Assembly (NCBI GenBank): GCA_002435915.1
Contig: DIWY01000003.1
Coordinates: 73,369 to 137,368, forward strand
Length of the DNA stretch: 64,000 bases
Origin: Christensenella sp. UBA6094
Lineage (GTDB): Bacteria; Bacillota; Clostridia; Christensenellales; UBA6094
Direction: 5' to 3'
This document shows, piece after piece, positions 19,983 to 29,387 of this stretch. A model generated the notes under the pieces. It was not told the origin of the DNA. It did not search any database and saw only the letters and a program-made list of their open reading frames with translations. Within the stretch, counting starts at the first letter, position 1, and each line of letters starts with the position of its first letter. Made by a program: the position numbers and the translations under genes.

Positions 19983-20474
19983 TTGTTAAAAAGATATGAT
20001 AGAGCACATTTTATGGACACAAAAGCAGAAGAGGCAACAACAGAAATATGGACACAGATTAATGATGGATTCGTTTCATTTGACGACGATCTGGCACCAA
20101 AAACAGAAACTAAACAGTATGTAGCTGATAAGAGCGAACATGATGTAATTCTAAGCTATAAACCAAGCTATAAGTATAACATGGAGCTTGATACAGACGA
20201 TGACGTTAACAAAAAGCTATACGAAATAGGTGCGGATCAACTAGTAGGCAAGACTTGTGACATATTATCAGTAGATATGTGGGATGGCACTCTAAACGGA
20301 ACTCAACAAATGGAGTATATCGCAAGAAAAGGTGAATACAATGTTATCCCAAGTAAAGCAGGCTCAGGCGATCCAGGTGGATTCATTAAAGTTGAAGGCA
20401 CGCTTGCTCAAGTTGGCGATCTTATCAAAGGTAAATGGAATACAGTAACAAAAGCATTCACAGCTAACGCATAA
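19983..20474 (+). CDS. Major tail (tube) protein, paralogue 2
   Basis: TTG at 19983 follows AAGGAGAG and gives (M)LKRYDRAHFMD, parallel to MKKRYERLHYMN of paralogue 1. The ORF track starts at GTG 19974. Confidence 0.65.
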   Translation: MLKRYDRAHFMDTKAEEATTEIWTQINDGFVSFDDDLAPKTETKQYVADKSEHDVILSYKPSYKYNMELDTDDDVNKKLYEIGADQLVGKTCDILSVDMWDGTLNGTQQMEYIARKGEYNVIPSKAGSGDPGGFIKVEGTLAQVGDLIKGKWNTVTKAFTANA

Positions 20475-20546
20475 ATTATCAGATAGGAAAGAGGAGGAGC
20501 GCTATTACAGTGCCTTCCTCTTTCAATATTATTAAGGAGAAAAAAC

Positions 20547-20894
20547 ATGGTAGACGAGATTATTATAGGCAGGCAGGAAAGAATGACACGTGCAAGAGTA
20601 TTAGGTGAAGAGTTTGTTTACGATGTTACCGATACAAAAACCGTAAAGAAACTTGAAGAGCTATCTAAAATCCCCACAAACGACCTAGAAGGCACGATAA
20701 AATTCTGTAAAGAGTTTTTGACGCTAGTTTTCTGCAATGACCCAAGACCATTAAAGCTCATCGAAGAAGTAAACCAAACCTCTACACAGCTGTGGATAGA
20801 TACAATACTTCAGTTTACACCTCTTATTCAAAATCCACGTGTTAAAGCTATGGAAGAGCGTCTATCTAAGCTGAAGAAGGCGGCGGGCAAATAA
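20547..20894 (+). CDS. Tail assembly chaperone (gpG-like)
   Basis: 115 aa, between the tube and tape-measure genes. Called on position. Confidence 0.5.
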   Translation: MVDEIIIGRQERMTRARVLGEEFVYDVTDTKTVKKLEELSKIPTNDLEGTIKFCKEFLTLVFCNDPRPLKLIEEVNQTSTQLWIDTILQFTPLIQNPRVKAMEERLSKLKKAAGK

Positions 20895-21490
20895 TGAGCC
20901 TACTATATCCAGATTCCTTGCCAAAAAGCGTAATAGTTGATGACATAGAATATGAGATAAGATGGCAGTATTATGTCGTGTTGGAATTACTTAAGCTTTT
21001 TTCAGATAGAACCATGTCCGACAACGAAAAAGCGTATTTTATCTTTGATCTATTTTATGTTGGCATCGTCCCTGAAAACAAGGAGTATGCGCTTAAGGCA
21101 GTTACTGCGTTCATTGATGGTGGTAGCTGGGATAACGGCTACGAAAGCGAAGAGAAAAGCGATAGACCAGTAATGGATTGGAACATTGATGCGCCTTTTA
21201 TATGGGCGAGCATGAAGCAAACATATCCATTTTGGGATTGGTCGCAGGCGCACTGGTGGGAGTTTAAGGCGGCCTTTGATGCGTTGCCGGATACAGCTAA
21301 AATAAACGAGATAATAAGAATAAGGCTTAAAAGTATAACTGGAGATATGACCAGTGAACAGCGCAAGGCATGGGTAGCGCTTAAAAAACAATATGCATTG
21401 CCAGAGAGACCTGGCGAAAAATATACAGATCGGTCTGCACAAGATATAGAGGCGGACCTAAAAAGGCAGGCGATAGAAAATGGCGACTGA
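20894..21490 (+). CDS. Phage Gp15-family protein (gpT-like tail assembly protein)
   Basis: 198 aa. The start overlaps the previous stop (TAATG). The sequence LYPDSLPKSVIVDDIEYEIRWQYYVVLE...FDLFY resembles the A118-type Gp15 family. Confidence 0.5.
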   Translation: MSLLYPDSLPKSVIVDDIEYEIRWQYYVVLELLKLFSDRTMSDNEKAYFIFDLFYVGIVPENKEYALKAVTAFIDGGSWDNGYESEEKSDRPVMDWNIDAPFIWASMKQTYPFWDWSQAHWWEFKAAFDALPDTAKINEIIRIRLKSITGDMTSEQRKAWVALKKQYALPERPGEKYTDRSAQDIEADLKRQAIENGD

Positions 21491-22766
21491 CCCAAAAAAA
21501 ATTAGTAACGATGATTTTTTGATAATGGTAACAGCAAACAAATCAAATGAAACTATAGAAGGAATATCTACTATTGTAAATGTAGGGCTATCGGCAGCTG
21601 AAAAGGCTATATATGCAACGGCAGAGAAAACTACAGGGTTATTAAGTAAAGTTGTAAGCACAGTAGGCAAGATCGGTAACGTAGGAACCGGATTGGAAAT
21701 TATAGGAGACGCTCTTCAGAAAACTGATCTGTCAACACCAAACCTACAAAATGAATTTATATATATAGATGAGAAAACAGCTAATAAAATTAATGAGACT
21801 TCTAAAAGTTTAGGAAAATCACTCAGTGAAATGGGGAGAGTGCTTAATCCAATTTATTTGGCAGGAACTTTAGCTGAAGCATATGGTTACGATAAATTGG
21901 GTGAAGTATTAAAAAACAATAGTACTCCTGTAGAGATTCTCGCAACTGCTACAAAAATTGGCCAGGCAAATGGAGCAAGTTATACTTCTGAAGGAATTAA
22001 TGAGGAAGCTTTAGCACAAGCCAAAGAGCAAATGAGTAGTTATGTAAAACCAGACAATATACCGCTAACTGAAAATGATGTATTTGATAAAGCAAATAGT
22101 CAAGTGGCAACATATATGAACAGTAATACACACGAACTATCAATTGCTGATGATGCTAAAAAGAATGAAGCAGCTGTTGCAAAAGAAATAGAGGTTTTCA
22201 AAAATACTATTGCAAATACAGCAAACGTAATAGCACAGAGTGTTGCTACGAATAGCATTGCACCGGTAGTTAAAGCAATAACAAATGTTGCAAAAAAAGC
22301 AGTCAAAACAACGACAAAACCTCTTGGTTCAGTTGGAACAAAAAGCCAGATTGAAGAAGAATATAGTAAGAATATACAGGCTTATATGGAAGAAGCAAAA
22401 AAAATGCCTTACGCTACTGTTACAAGTGATGAGACAAAAAAAAGACTTGAAGATATTAGCATGAACAATCTGCTAACATATGATATGATCGGAAAATTTG
22501 CTGTCGGTACACCATATATTCCGAAAGACATGATAGCACTTGTTCATGAAGGCGAAATGATCGTACCTAAGAGCCAAAACCCATACGCAGGAGCTAACAG
22601 GATAAAGGCTGCGATGAATGCTAGTAGTGCAGATGTAGCAGCGGCAACTGCAAATAATACAAGTAATATAACATATACATTTAACAGCCCAAAGGCATTA
22701 GGCATGAGCGAGATACTGCGTGAGATGAGACTAGTAGAACAAAGAAAAGCATTGTTGGGGGTGTAA
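21480..22766 (+). CDS. Tape measure protein (short, 428 aa)
   Basis: Ala/Lys-rich helical sequence. The C-terminal motif VHEGEMIVPKSQNPY is typical of Gram-positive siphovirus tape measure proteins. Lies between the chaperones and Dit. Confidence 0.75.
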   Translation: MATDPKKISNDDFLIMVTANKSNETIEGISTIVNVGLSAAEKAIYATAEKTTGLLSKVVSTVGKIGNVGTGLEIIGDALQKTDLSTPNLQNEFIYIDEKTANKINETSKSLGKSLSEMGRVLNPIYLAGTLAEAYGYDKLGEVLKNNSTPVEILATATKIGQANGASYTSEGINEEALAQAKEQMSSYVKPDNIPLTENDVFDKANSQVATYMNSNTHELSIADDAKKNEAAVAKEIEVFKNTIANTANVIAQSVATNSIAPVVKAITNVAKKAVKTTTKPLGSVGTKSQIEEEYSKNIQAYMEEAKKMPYATVTSDETKKRLEDISMNNLLTYDMIGKFAVGTPYIPKDMIALVHEGEMIVPKSQNPYAGANRIKAAMNASSADVAAATANNTSNITYTFNSPKALGMSEILREMRLVEQRKALLGV

Positions 22767-22767
22767 C

Positions 22768-23631
22768 ATGCAAAGATTTATTTTTACAGATGATTTGGAA
22801 GGCAAAAACTCTCCAGGAACAAAAACAATTGAGCTGCTGCATGTTCTTGAAGTTAAAGGGTTAAACGGAATGCCTTCTACGATAAACGGCTCAAAGGCTT
22901 ATGGTAAGGATGGGATTACAGTATCATCGGTAACGATGGACGCCCGTCCTTTTTCTATACTTTTTGACATATTGGGCGAAAATTTTGAAGCGGCAGCAAC
23001 AGAAAGAAGAGCGTTAACCTCGTTCTTTGGAAATAAAAAACCAAAAAGATTTGAATACTCCAGAGACGATTTTAAAGTGTATCTAAAAGATGTATATCCA
23101 GCAGGAGTCTATGAAACAGGCGTAAACGAGAAACGAATACTAAACGGCACTATGCAATTTATTGCTACAAATCCATATTTAAAAAGAGACATTCCTTTTT
23201 CTTCTTTTGCTTTTGAAACCGCTGTTTTAGAGTACTTTGAGGATGGAATTGAGTTTCCTGACACAGGTCTTGAATATTCTACAGCTGAGACTTCAATCAC
23301 CGTTGCTAATAATGGCGACGAGATATCTCCTGCTTTGATACGGTTTCATGGACCTGCGAATAATCCTGAAGTAATAAATACTACAACGAATCAAAAAATG
23401 AAAGTGCTGATAGAAATTGATTCAAATGAATATTTAGAAGTGTCAAGCGAAACTGGAAGAGTAGACAAAATTGACTCTGAAAATGTAAGGCATAATGCAT
23501 TTGATAGTATTTCAGATGATAGTGAATTCATTAATCTTGCGGTTGGTGAAAACATATTTAATTTCAATTCTGCAGGTGGCGGAACAGGATATTTAGAAGT
23601 TGGCGGGGTGGAGTATTATGCAGGTATATAG
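22768..23631 (+). CDS. Distal tail protein (Dit, siphovirus tail component)
   Basis: 287 aa, immediately after the tape measure gene. Start 1 nt after the tape-measure stop codon. Confidence 0.65.
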   Translation: MQRFIFTDDLEGKNSPGTKTIELLHVLEVKGLNGMPSTINGSKAYGKDGITVSSVTMDARPFSILFDILGENFEAAATERRALTSFFGNKKPKRFEYSRDDFKVYLKDVYPAGVYETGVNEKRILNGTMQFIATNPYLKRDIPFSSFAFETAVLEYFEDGIEFPDTGLEYSTAETSITVANNGDEISPALIRFHGPANNPEVINTTTNQKMKVLIEIDSNEYLEVSSETGRVDKIDSENVRHNAFDSISDDSEFINLAVGENIFNFNSAGGGTGYLEVGGVEYYAGI

Positions 23632-25189
23632 TAGTAGTCCTGATTTTACTTCGCTTTTTTTTATAACAGAATTCACTAAGCTTCAGATAATCCGTAGATT
23701 TTGGGGACGGAGCATATTGCAGCTTGAGATGCCTATTGAAAGTGAAGCAGTTAGCTTTCTGCAAAAGAATTGCTGGATAGTCGATGACAAGGATGAGCCG
23801 TTTATCATAAGGAGTATAACTCAAAATGAAACGACAGTTACTGTAGTTGCATATGGTTGCCATTGGGGTTTTGAAGGTAGAATTACTACACCTAATGCAG
23901 GTTCATATGCTATTGAAAAAACTGGAAGCGCAGATCAGGTCGCAAAAGGATTTATAAATGATACATTAACAAAGACCAATAAAAATCTAAATATTACTGT
24001 AGCGGATGGGCGGCCTGTGGCTCCAAATGAAGCACCAATATCGGATCAAAGCCGGTATAAAAACCTTGGTGATGAGGTGGTACGTGTACTCAAAAATGCT
24101 GGACTGGGTGAACGGTTTACATATGAAGATCGTATTATTACTTTTGATACATACCCTGGAGCAGATAACTCTAATATGTGTGTGTTTGACGTTAGGTATA
24201 AAAACATAGAGAAATATGAATACACTCTTGATGCTACTTCAACGCAAACAACTCCTATAGTCGGCGGCATGGGTGATGGTGTCGCCAGAGAAATTTATAT
24301 TGAAGAAGATAGTGACAATGTTCTAGGTTGGGATCGTAGAGAAGTTTTTGTTGATGCAAGAGATATTATTGATACAGCTATAGAAGACAGAGAAAAAAAG
24401 CTTCAACAAAGAGCGACACAAGCGATTATTTCTGAAGAGAAAAAATATTCAACAACCGTTGCAACAAATGCTAATTTAACCTACAACGAAGATTATCATC
24501 TGGGTGATTTTGTATCTATTAACGTACCAATTAAAACATATGAGGATATTAACGGATTTTTAGAACCTACAACGAAAGTCACTAAATTAAAAACTAGGAT
24601 CATTGAAGTAATTGAAACCTGCGATGAAGGCGTAGAAACTATAGAGTTAACTTTCGGTGATGATGTCATTAAAAGCGATACTACTCAGCTAAAAAGCGAT
24701 GTTGCACAGTTAAAGTCAGTAGAAAGTGCTTTTCCAGCAGGATTCGTTATGTTGTACGCAGGCTCTACTGCGCCATTTGGTTATTTGCTTGCAAATGGTC
24801 AAAGTGTTTCTAGAACTACATACTCTTCACTCTTTAGTGCAATAGGCACGACATATGGAGCAAATGATGGAAGCACATTTAAGCTTCCTGACTTACGTGG
24901 TAAAGTTTCTGTTGGACTAAGTAGCGTGGATTCGGAGTTTAATACATTAGGTAAAACAGGTGGAGCTAAAAGCGTAATACTTGATACCACAATGATACCA
25001 AATCATCGCCACCAACAAGCGATTGGCAGTTGGGACGATGGAAACTGGACGCATGCTCCTGCACAGAATCCCCCAGCAGATGGACCTGGAACTTACTGGA
25101 CAGGGTCATATACTGATTATACTGGTGGTGGATTAGCTCATAACAACTTACAACCATACATAACTCTAAACTACATAATAAAATATTAA
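23618..25189 (+). CDS. Tail-associated protein (Tal; Gp37-like N-terminal domain) with a C-terminal phage tail-collar domain
   Basis: ATG at 23618 overlaps the end of Dit. The N-terminus MQVYSSSPDFTSLFFITEFTKLQIIRRFWGRSILQLEMP fits the Sipho_Gp37 pattern. The C-terminus GYLLANGQSVSRTTYSSLFSAIGTTYGANDGSTFKLPDLRGK is the collar-domain signature. Confidence 0.75.
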   Translation: MQVYSSSPDFTSLFFITEFTKLQIIRRFWGRSILQLEMPIESEAVSFLQKNCWIVDDKDEPFIIRSITQNETTVTVVAYGCHWGFEGRITTPNAGSYAIEKTGSADQVAKGFINDTLTKTNKNLNITVADGRPVAPNEAPISDQSRYKNLGDEVVRVLKNAGLGERFTYEDRIITFDTYPGADNSNMCVFDVRYKNIEKYEYTLDATSTQTTPIVGGMGDGVAREIYIEEDSDNVLGWDRREVFVDARDIIDTAIEDREKKLQQRATQAIISEEKKYSTTVATNANLTYNEDYHLGDFVSINVPIKTYEDINGFLEPTTKVTKLKTRIIEVIETCDEGVETIELTFGDDVIKSDTTQLKSDVAQLKSVESAFPAGFVMLYAGSTAPFGYLLANGQSVSRTTYSSLFSAIGTTYGANDGSTFKLPDLRGKVSVGLSSVDSEFNTLGKTGGAKSVILDTTMIPNHRHQQAIGSWDDGNWTHAPAQNPPADGPGTYWTGSYTDYTGGGLAHNNLQPYITLNYIIKY

Positions 25190-25204
25190 AAAGAGGTGTC
25201 ATAA

Positions 25205-25834
25205 ATGGCAATAACAGGTTTTCCTTATGTGTCTGTCGAAGGCGACAGAAAAGTAACGGCAGCCAATGAGGCTACAAGAATAGATTTAATAGCAGGTAGC
25301 GGTGTAATATTTGACGAACCAACATCATTTGCCTGCGCAAAAATTTCAGATATGATGCAAGTAACAGTTCAACCAGGATCCGCACTTATTGCTGGACATG
25401 GGATTATGTCTGATGCAGTAGAAACTGTAACAATTGAAGCTGCAGATTTAAATAACCCTCGTATAGATATAATAGCGCTTGAAAGCAACTCAAATACTGG
25501 TATACGTGGTGGACGTGTGGTCGTAGTCAAAGGTATAGCAGCAACAACTCCAATTGAGCCTGCTCTTGTAACAACTGCAGGAATAAGCCAGATAAAACTG
25601 GCTACACTTTTAATTCCAGCAACAGCAACAACATTCGCGCCTGCAACTCTAACCGACGCAAGAACGAAAGGCACAGGTAAACATACACACCCAAGTTTAA
25701 CTTCTGTAAACATAACAGAGGCAATAGCTCCAGGTACAGCAAGAGTTGCTAATATCGTATTTGGTACGGGCAACGCTCCTACAATAGATAGCACGATGCC
25801 ACAAGGCACAATATATATAAAATATTTACCATAA
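25205..25834 (+). CDS. Receptor-binding / tail-fibre protein, paralogue 1 (divergent N-terminal module, short C-terminus)
   Basis: 209 aa. The N-terminal ~160 aa are colinear with the three downstream RBPs (FPYVSVEGDRKVTA...RIDIIALESN...GKHTH) at roughly 55-60% identity. Confidence 0.65.
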   Translation: MAITGFPYVSVEGDRKVTAANEATRIDLIAGSGVIFDEPTSFACAKISDMMQVTVQPGSALIAGHGIMSDAVETVTIEAADLNNPRIDIIALESNSNTGIRGGRVVVVKGIAATTPIEPALVTTAGISQIKLATLLIPATATTFAPATLTDARTKGTGKHTHPSLTSVNITEAIAPGTARVANIVFGTGNAPTIDSTMPQGTIYIKYLP

Positions 25835-25846
25835 GGAGGGAGATAA

Positions 25847-27019
25847 ATGCCCACTTTTAGATCGAACACATCCCCAAATACACTTATAACAGTCAACATG
25901 TCAAATTATAGAAATGGACCTGAAGCTCCTTCTACAATTGCTTATGCAACTGTCAATTGGAGTGTAACAACAAGTAGTGCTACGTCGTGTTCAAGCAGTA
26001 GAACACTTCAAATTTTTAACGCATGGGGCACTTTGCTTGGAAGTGGTCAAATTAAAGGAGCTGAATATTGGGGGCAAAGCACAACACATTCAGGCAGTTT
26101 TACAATTTCATTTAACCCAGGTCCAGACGTGTATTATGATTTTGCATGGCCTATTTATATACAAGTACCTGGAGATTCTTCAGATCCTTGCACTTGGATG
26201 AATAGATCATACTGCACAAACTTCGATCAGTATTGGCCAGTATACTGGAGCTATGCTACTGCGCCATCAAGTTTGTGGATGAATCCAAACTGTTATGAAA
26301 ACTCAATAAGATTGGAATGGAGTGGTGCAAATTCAGGAATAAATAACGGTATAAGTACTTACCACTGTTATTACCAATATTCTGATGATGGGTACAACTG
26401 GTCTGGAGATATTGGAATAGACTCTTCAGGAGCTACTTATGTTGACGTAAACACTTCAACATGGCCAAGAGGAAGATACCTTAGATTTCAAGTATATTCC
26501 ATTGCAAGTAGAAATAACTCACTTTCGTATCTTGCAGGTAATGCACAAAAAAATAGAGTTCCTAACACCATATCAGAAAAACCAACAGTAGATAAATCTG
26601 TATATATTGTTGGAGATCATATTCAGCTATCGTTCACACCGAACTCGACACCTGATCCTGATGGGAATATAGCTGGCTACGAAGTTGCTATGAAAAGCGA
26701 TAAAGATGTATGGTATGGTTCACCAACAAATGTCGGCGAAAAAACAACACCAAATTCTCCATACGTAATAGATATTAATACAGCAACATGGGATCCAGGT
26801 AAACGATGGAAGTTCTATGTGAGAGGATACGATTCGTTTGGAGTACGAGGTGCATGGTCGCCAGCAAGTGATTTAGTGATGATAGGTGTTGCGCTGAAAA
26901 TTAATGTTGGAAATGCATTTAAAGACAGCGCTGAGGCACTAATAAATGTAAATGGACAATGGAAACAAATCGCAGAAATGAACATAAATATAAATGGAGC
27001 TTGGAAGAACTTTACGTAA
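25847..27019 (+). CDS. Tail-fibre-associated protein with two FN3-like domains
   Basis: 390 aa. Two segments have the FN3-like pattern (WSGANSG...YHCYYQYSDDG..W and GNIAGYEVAMKSD...RGYDSFGVRGAWSP). RBS GGAGGGAG. Confidence 0.5.
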   Translation: MPTFRSNTSPNTLITVNMSNYRNGPEAPSTIAYATVNWSVTTSSATSCSSSRTLQIFNAWGTLLGSGQIKGAEYWGQSTTHSGSFTISFNPGPDVYYDFAWPIYIQVPGDSSDPCTWMNRSYCTNFDQYWPVYWSYATAPSSLWMNPNCYENSIRLEWSGANSGINNGISTYHCYYQYSDDGYNWSGDIGIDSSGATYVDVNTSTWPRGRYLRFQVYSIASRNNSLSYLAGNAQKNRVPNTISEKPTVDKSVYIVGDHIQLSFTPNSTPDPDGNIAGYEVAMKSDKDVWYGSPTNVGEKTTPNSPYVIDINTATWDPGKRWKFYVRGYDSFGVRGAWSPASDLVMIGVALKINVGNAFKDSAEALINVNGQWKQIAEMNININGAWKNFT

Positions 27020-27075
27020 GCAGAATAGCTTAGTTAAGCTTAAATTAAAGTCACTATAAAGGGTATACAAGAATA

Positions 27076-27120
27076 AAATCAGGCAGTTTGAGGAATTTAT
27101 ATCAAGCTGCCTGATTTTTA
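27076..27120 (+). terminator. Strong intrinsic terminator inside the structural region
   Basis: ATCAGGCAG (27078-27086) pairs with CTGCCTGAT (27107-27115), followed by a T-run. Confidence 0.75.
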
Positions 27121-27189
27121 ATACCCGTTAAAAGAAATTTAACACATTGAAAAGAGCAATATTATAGAGCAAATTATTAGTAACTATAC

Positions 27190-27700
27190 AAAAAACACAA
27201 GTGAGGTATGAGCATGGCAATAAAGAGTTACCCATACTCATCAGTAGATGGTGATAGAAAAATAACAGCCTCAGACGAGGCAAAAAGGTTAGATCTAATA
27301 GCAGGTAGCGGAATAATATTCGACGTTCCTACGTCATTCGAGTGCTCAAAATTGGCAGGAACTATGAACATAAACGTTGCAGCAGGCTCAGCGCTAGTAG
27401 CAGGGCATGGGATTATATCAGATGCTACAGAGACAGTCGAAATATCTGCAAGTGATTCGGCATACTCCCGTATAGACGTTATAGCGCTCGAGAGCAATAC
27501 AAATACAGATATAAGAGCTGGGCGGGTTGTAGTAATAAAAGGAACAGCAGCAGCGACTCCTATAGAACCGACGCTAAGTACGGAAGCAGGAGTGACGCAG
27601 ATAAAGCTGGCTAAAATACTTATCCCAGCAAGTATATCCAGCCTAAGCACAGCGACACTTACAGATCTAAGGGCAGCATCAGTGGGTAAACATACGCATA
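27190..27700 (+). repeat. RBP N-terminal module, direct repeat copy 1 of 3 (~0.5 kb)
   Basis: Includes the RBS region CACAAGTGAGGTAT. Bases 27364-27525 are 100% identical to 28470-28631 (162 nt). Confidence 0.9.
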
Positions 27701-28113
27701 CGCAGGAACAGATGCATTTTACAGATATAATGAGTGCTGTATATCCAGTAGGAAGTATTTATATGAGTACGTCTTCTGCAAATCCTAACACTTTGTTTGG
27801 TGTAGGAACATGGGTAGCTTGGGGAACGGGCAGAGTGCCAGTTGGTATCGACACTAGCCAAAGTGAATTTAATACCGTTGGAAAAACTGGCGGAGCAAAA
27901 ACACATACCCTTGTTACTGGTGAAATGCCTAATCATGGTCATACTGGTGTTGGTATTTTCGGAACAAGCGCAGGCAGTACTATGCGAAATCAAGTAATAC
28001 AAGGGAGTGCCAATTGGGATGGGTATACTGGCGTATATAATACAGGTGGAGATTTGCCACATAATAACTTACAACCATATGTAACATGTTATATGTGGAA
28101 AAGAACAATATAA
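27214..28113 (+). CDS. Receptor-binding / tail-fibre protein, paralogue 2 (C-terminal PVGSIY-type head)
   Basis: The start MAIKSYPY at 27214 is parallel to paralogues 3 and 4. The C-terminus carries VYPVGSIYMS...NPNTLFGVGTW...GKTGGAKTHTLVTGEMPNHGH. Confidence 0.75.
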   Translation: MAIKSYPYSSVDGDRKITASDEAKRLDLIAGSGIIFDVPTSFECSKLAGTMNINVAAGSALVAGHGIISDATETVEISASDSAYSRIDVIALESNTNTDIRAGRVVVIKGTAAATPIEPTLSTEAGVTQIKLAKILIPASISSLSTATLTDLRAASVGKHTHTQEQMHFTDIMSAVYPVGSIYMSTSSANPNTLFGVGTWVAWGTGRVPVGIDTSQSEFNTVGKTGGAKTHTLVTGEMPNHGHTGVGIFGTSAGSTMRNQVIQGSANWDGYTGVYNTGGDLPHNNLQPYVTCYMWKRTI

Positions 28114-28304
28114 CAAAGTAAAGGTAAACAATAACATTTAATAAAGATGTTAGTGTTTAAAGAAGTTAAAAGTAATTTCGTAAAGACATATAGAGAATTG
28201 GGTTGCATCATAGTATGGCGATTATTGACCAAATAATAATAGAATAACGTGATAAAAATAGCAACGACTTAAACAGGAACATCGTATATAGACAAATAAG
28301 ATAC

Positions 28305-28806
28305 AGAAGAGGTGTAAGCATGGCAATAAAGAGTTACCCATACTCATCAGTAGATGGTGATAGAAAAATAACAGCCTCGGATGAGGCAAAGAGGTTAGAT
28401 CTAATAGCAGACAGCGGAATAATATTCGACGTTCCTACGTCATTCGAGTGCTCAAAAGTAACAGGCACAATGAACATAAACGTTGCAGCAGGCTCAGCGC
28501 TAGTAGCAGGGCATGGGATTATATCAGATGCTACAGAGACAGTCGAAATATCTGCAAGTGATTCGGCATACTCCCGTATAGACGTTATAGCGCTCGAGAG
28601 CAATACAAATACAGATATAAGAGCTGGGCGGATTGTAGTAATAAAAGGCACAGCAGCGGCTACACCAGTAGAACCAGCGCTAAGTACGGAAGCAGGCGTG
28701 GCGCAGATAAAGCTAGCTAAAATATTGATCCCAGCAAGTGTGTCGAGTTTAAGCACAGCAACACTTACAGAAATGCGTTCAGCATCCGTTGGAAAGCATA
28801 AACATT
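28305..28806 (+). repeat. RBP N-terminal module, direct repeat copy 2 of 3
   Basis: About 96% nucleotide identity to copy 1 over the first ~330 nt (by eye). Divergence begins after the GKH(T/K/N)H junction. Confidence 0.9.
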
Positions 28807-29312
28807 CGAAGGCTCAAATAACTGGTGTAAGTAGTTGGAATGGTATTATTGGCGAAATTAAAGCTTTTGCAGGATCGGCAGCTCCAACAGGTACTTTACT
28901 TTGTGATGGATCGGCAGTGAGCAGAACAACGTATTCTGCTCTTTTTGCTGTAATAGGCACTAATTACGGAGCTGGGAATGGTAGCACAACATTTAACCTG
29001 CCAAATATGAAGGGTAAAGTGCCAGTTGGGTATAACTCGGCTGAAACAGAGTTTAATGTGCTCGGGAAAACAGGTGGGGAGAAGACGCATATAAATACAA
29101 TTGCAGAAATGCCAAATCATACTCATGCAATTTCAACTACTGTACATTCGGAGGAAGGAACGCATGACTGGGAATTTGTAGTTGGCACTGGTGCTGGTAC
29201 AAGAGCTTTAACATTATTTAAATCTATCACTGCAGCATATACAGGTGGTGGAGGATCACATAATAACTTGCAACCATACGTAGCTGTTAATTACATAATT
29301 GTCTATGCTTGA
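28320..29312 (+). CDS. Receptor-binding / tail-fibre protein, paralogue 3 (C-terminal tail-collar domain)
   Basis: The C-terminus carries FAGSAAPTGTLLCDGSAVSRTTYSALFAVIGTNYGAGNGSTTFNLPNMKGK, the collar-domain signature. Confidence 0.8.
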   Translation: MAIKSYPYSSVDGDRKITASDEAKRLDLIADSGIIFDVPTSFECSKVTGTMNINVAAGSALVAGHGIISDATETVEISASDSAYSRIDVIALESNTNTDIRAGRIVVIKGTAAATPVEPALSTEAGVAQIKLAKILIPASVSSLSTATLTEMRSASVGKHKHSKAQITGVSSWNGIIGEIKAFAGSAAPTGTLLCDGSAVSRTTYSALFAVIGTNYGAGNGSTTFNLPNMKGKVPVGYNSAETEFNVLGKTGGEKTHINTIAEMPNHTHAISTTVHSEEGTHDWEFVVGTGAGTRALTLFKSITAAYTGGGGSHNNLQPYVAVNYIIVYA

Positions 29313-29387
29313 TCATATTAAGAGCTACTACAGATATAAATAGAAATCAAGACTAAGAAGTGATAACGGCAAAATCAGCGATAACAA

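Noticed and set aside
20547-21490. A programmed -1 frameshift joining the two chaperone-position ORFs (gpG/gpGT style).
   Set aside because: The second ORF has its own ATG overlapping the stop (TAATG). I could not find an XXXYYYZ slippery heptamer near the junction. This remains untested.
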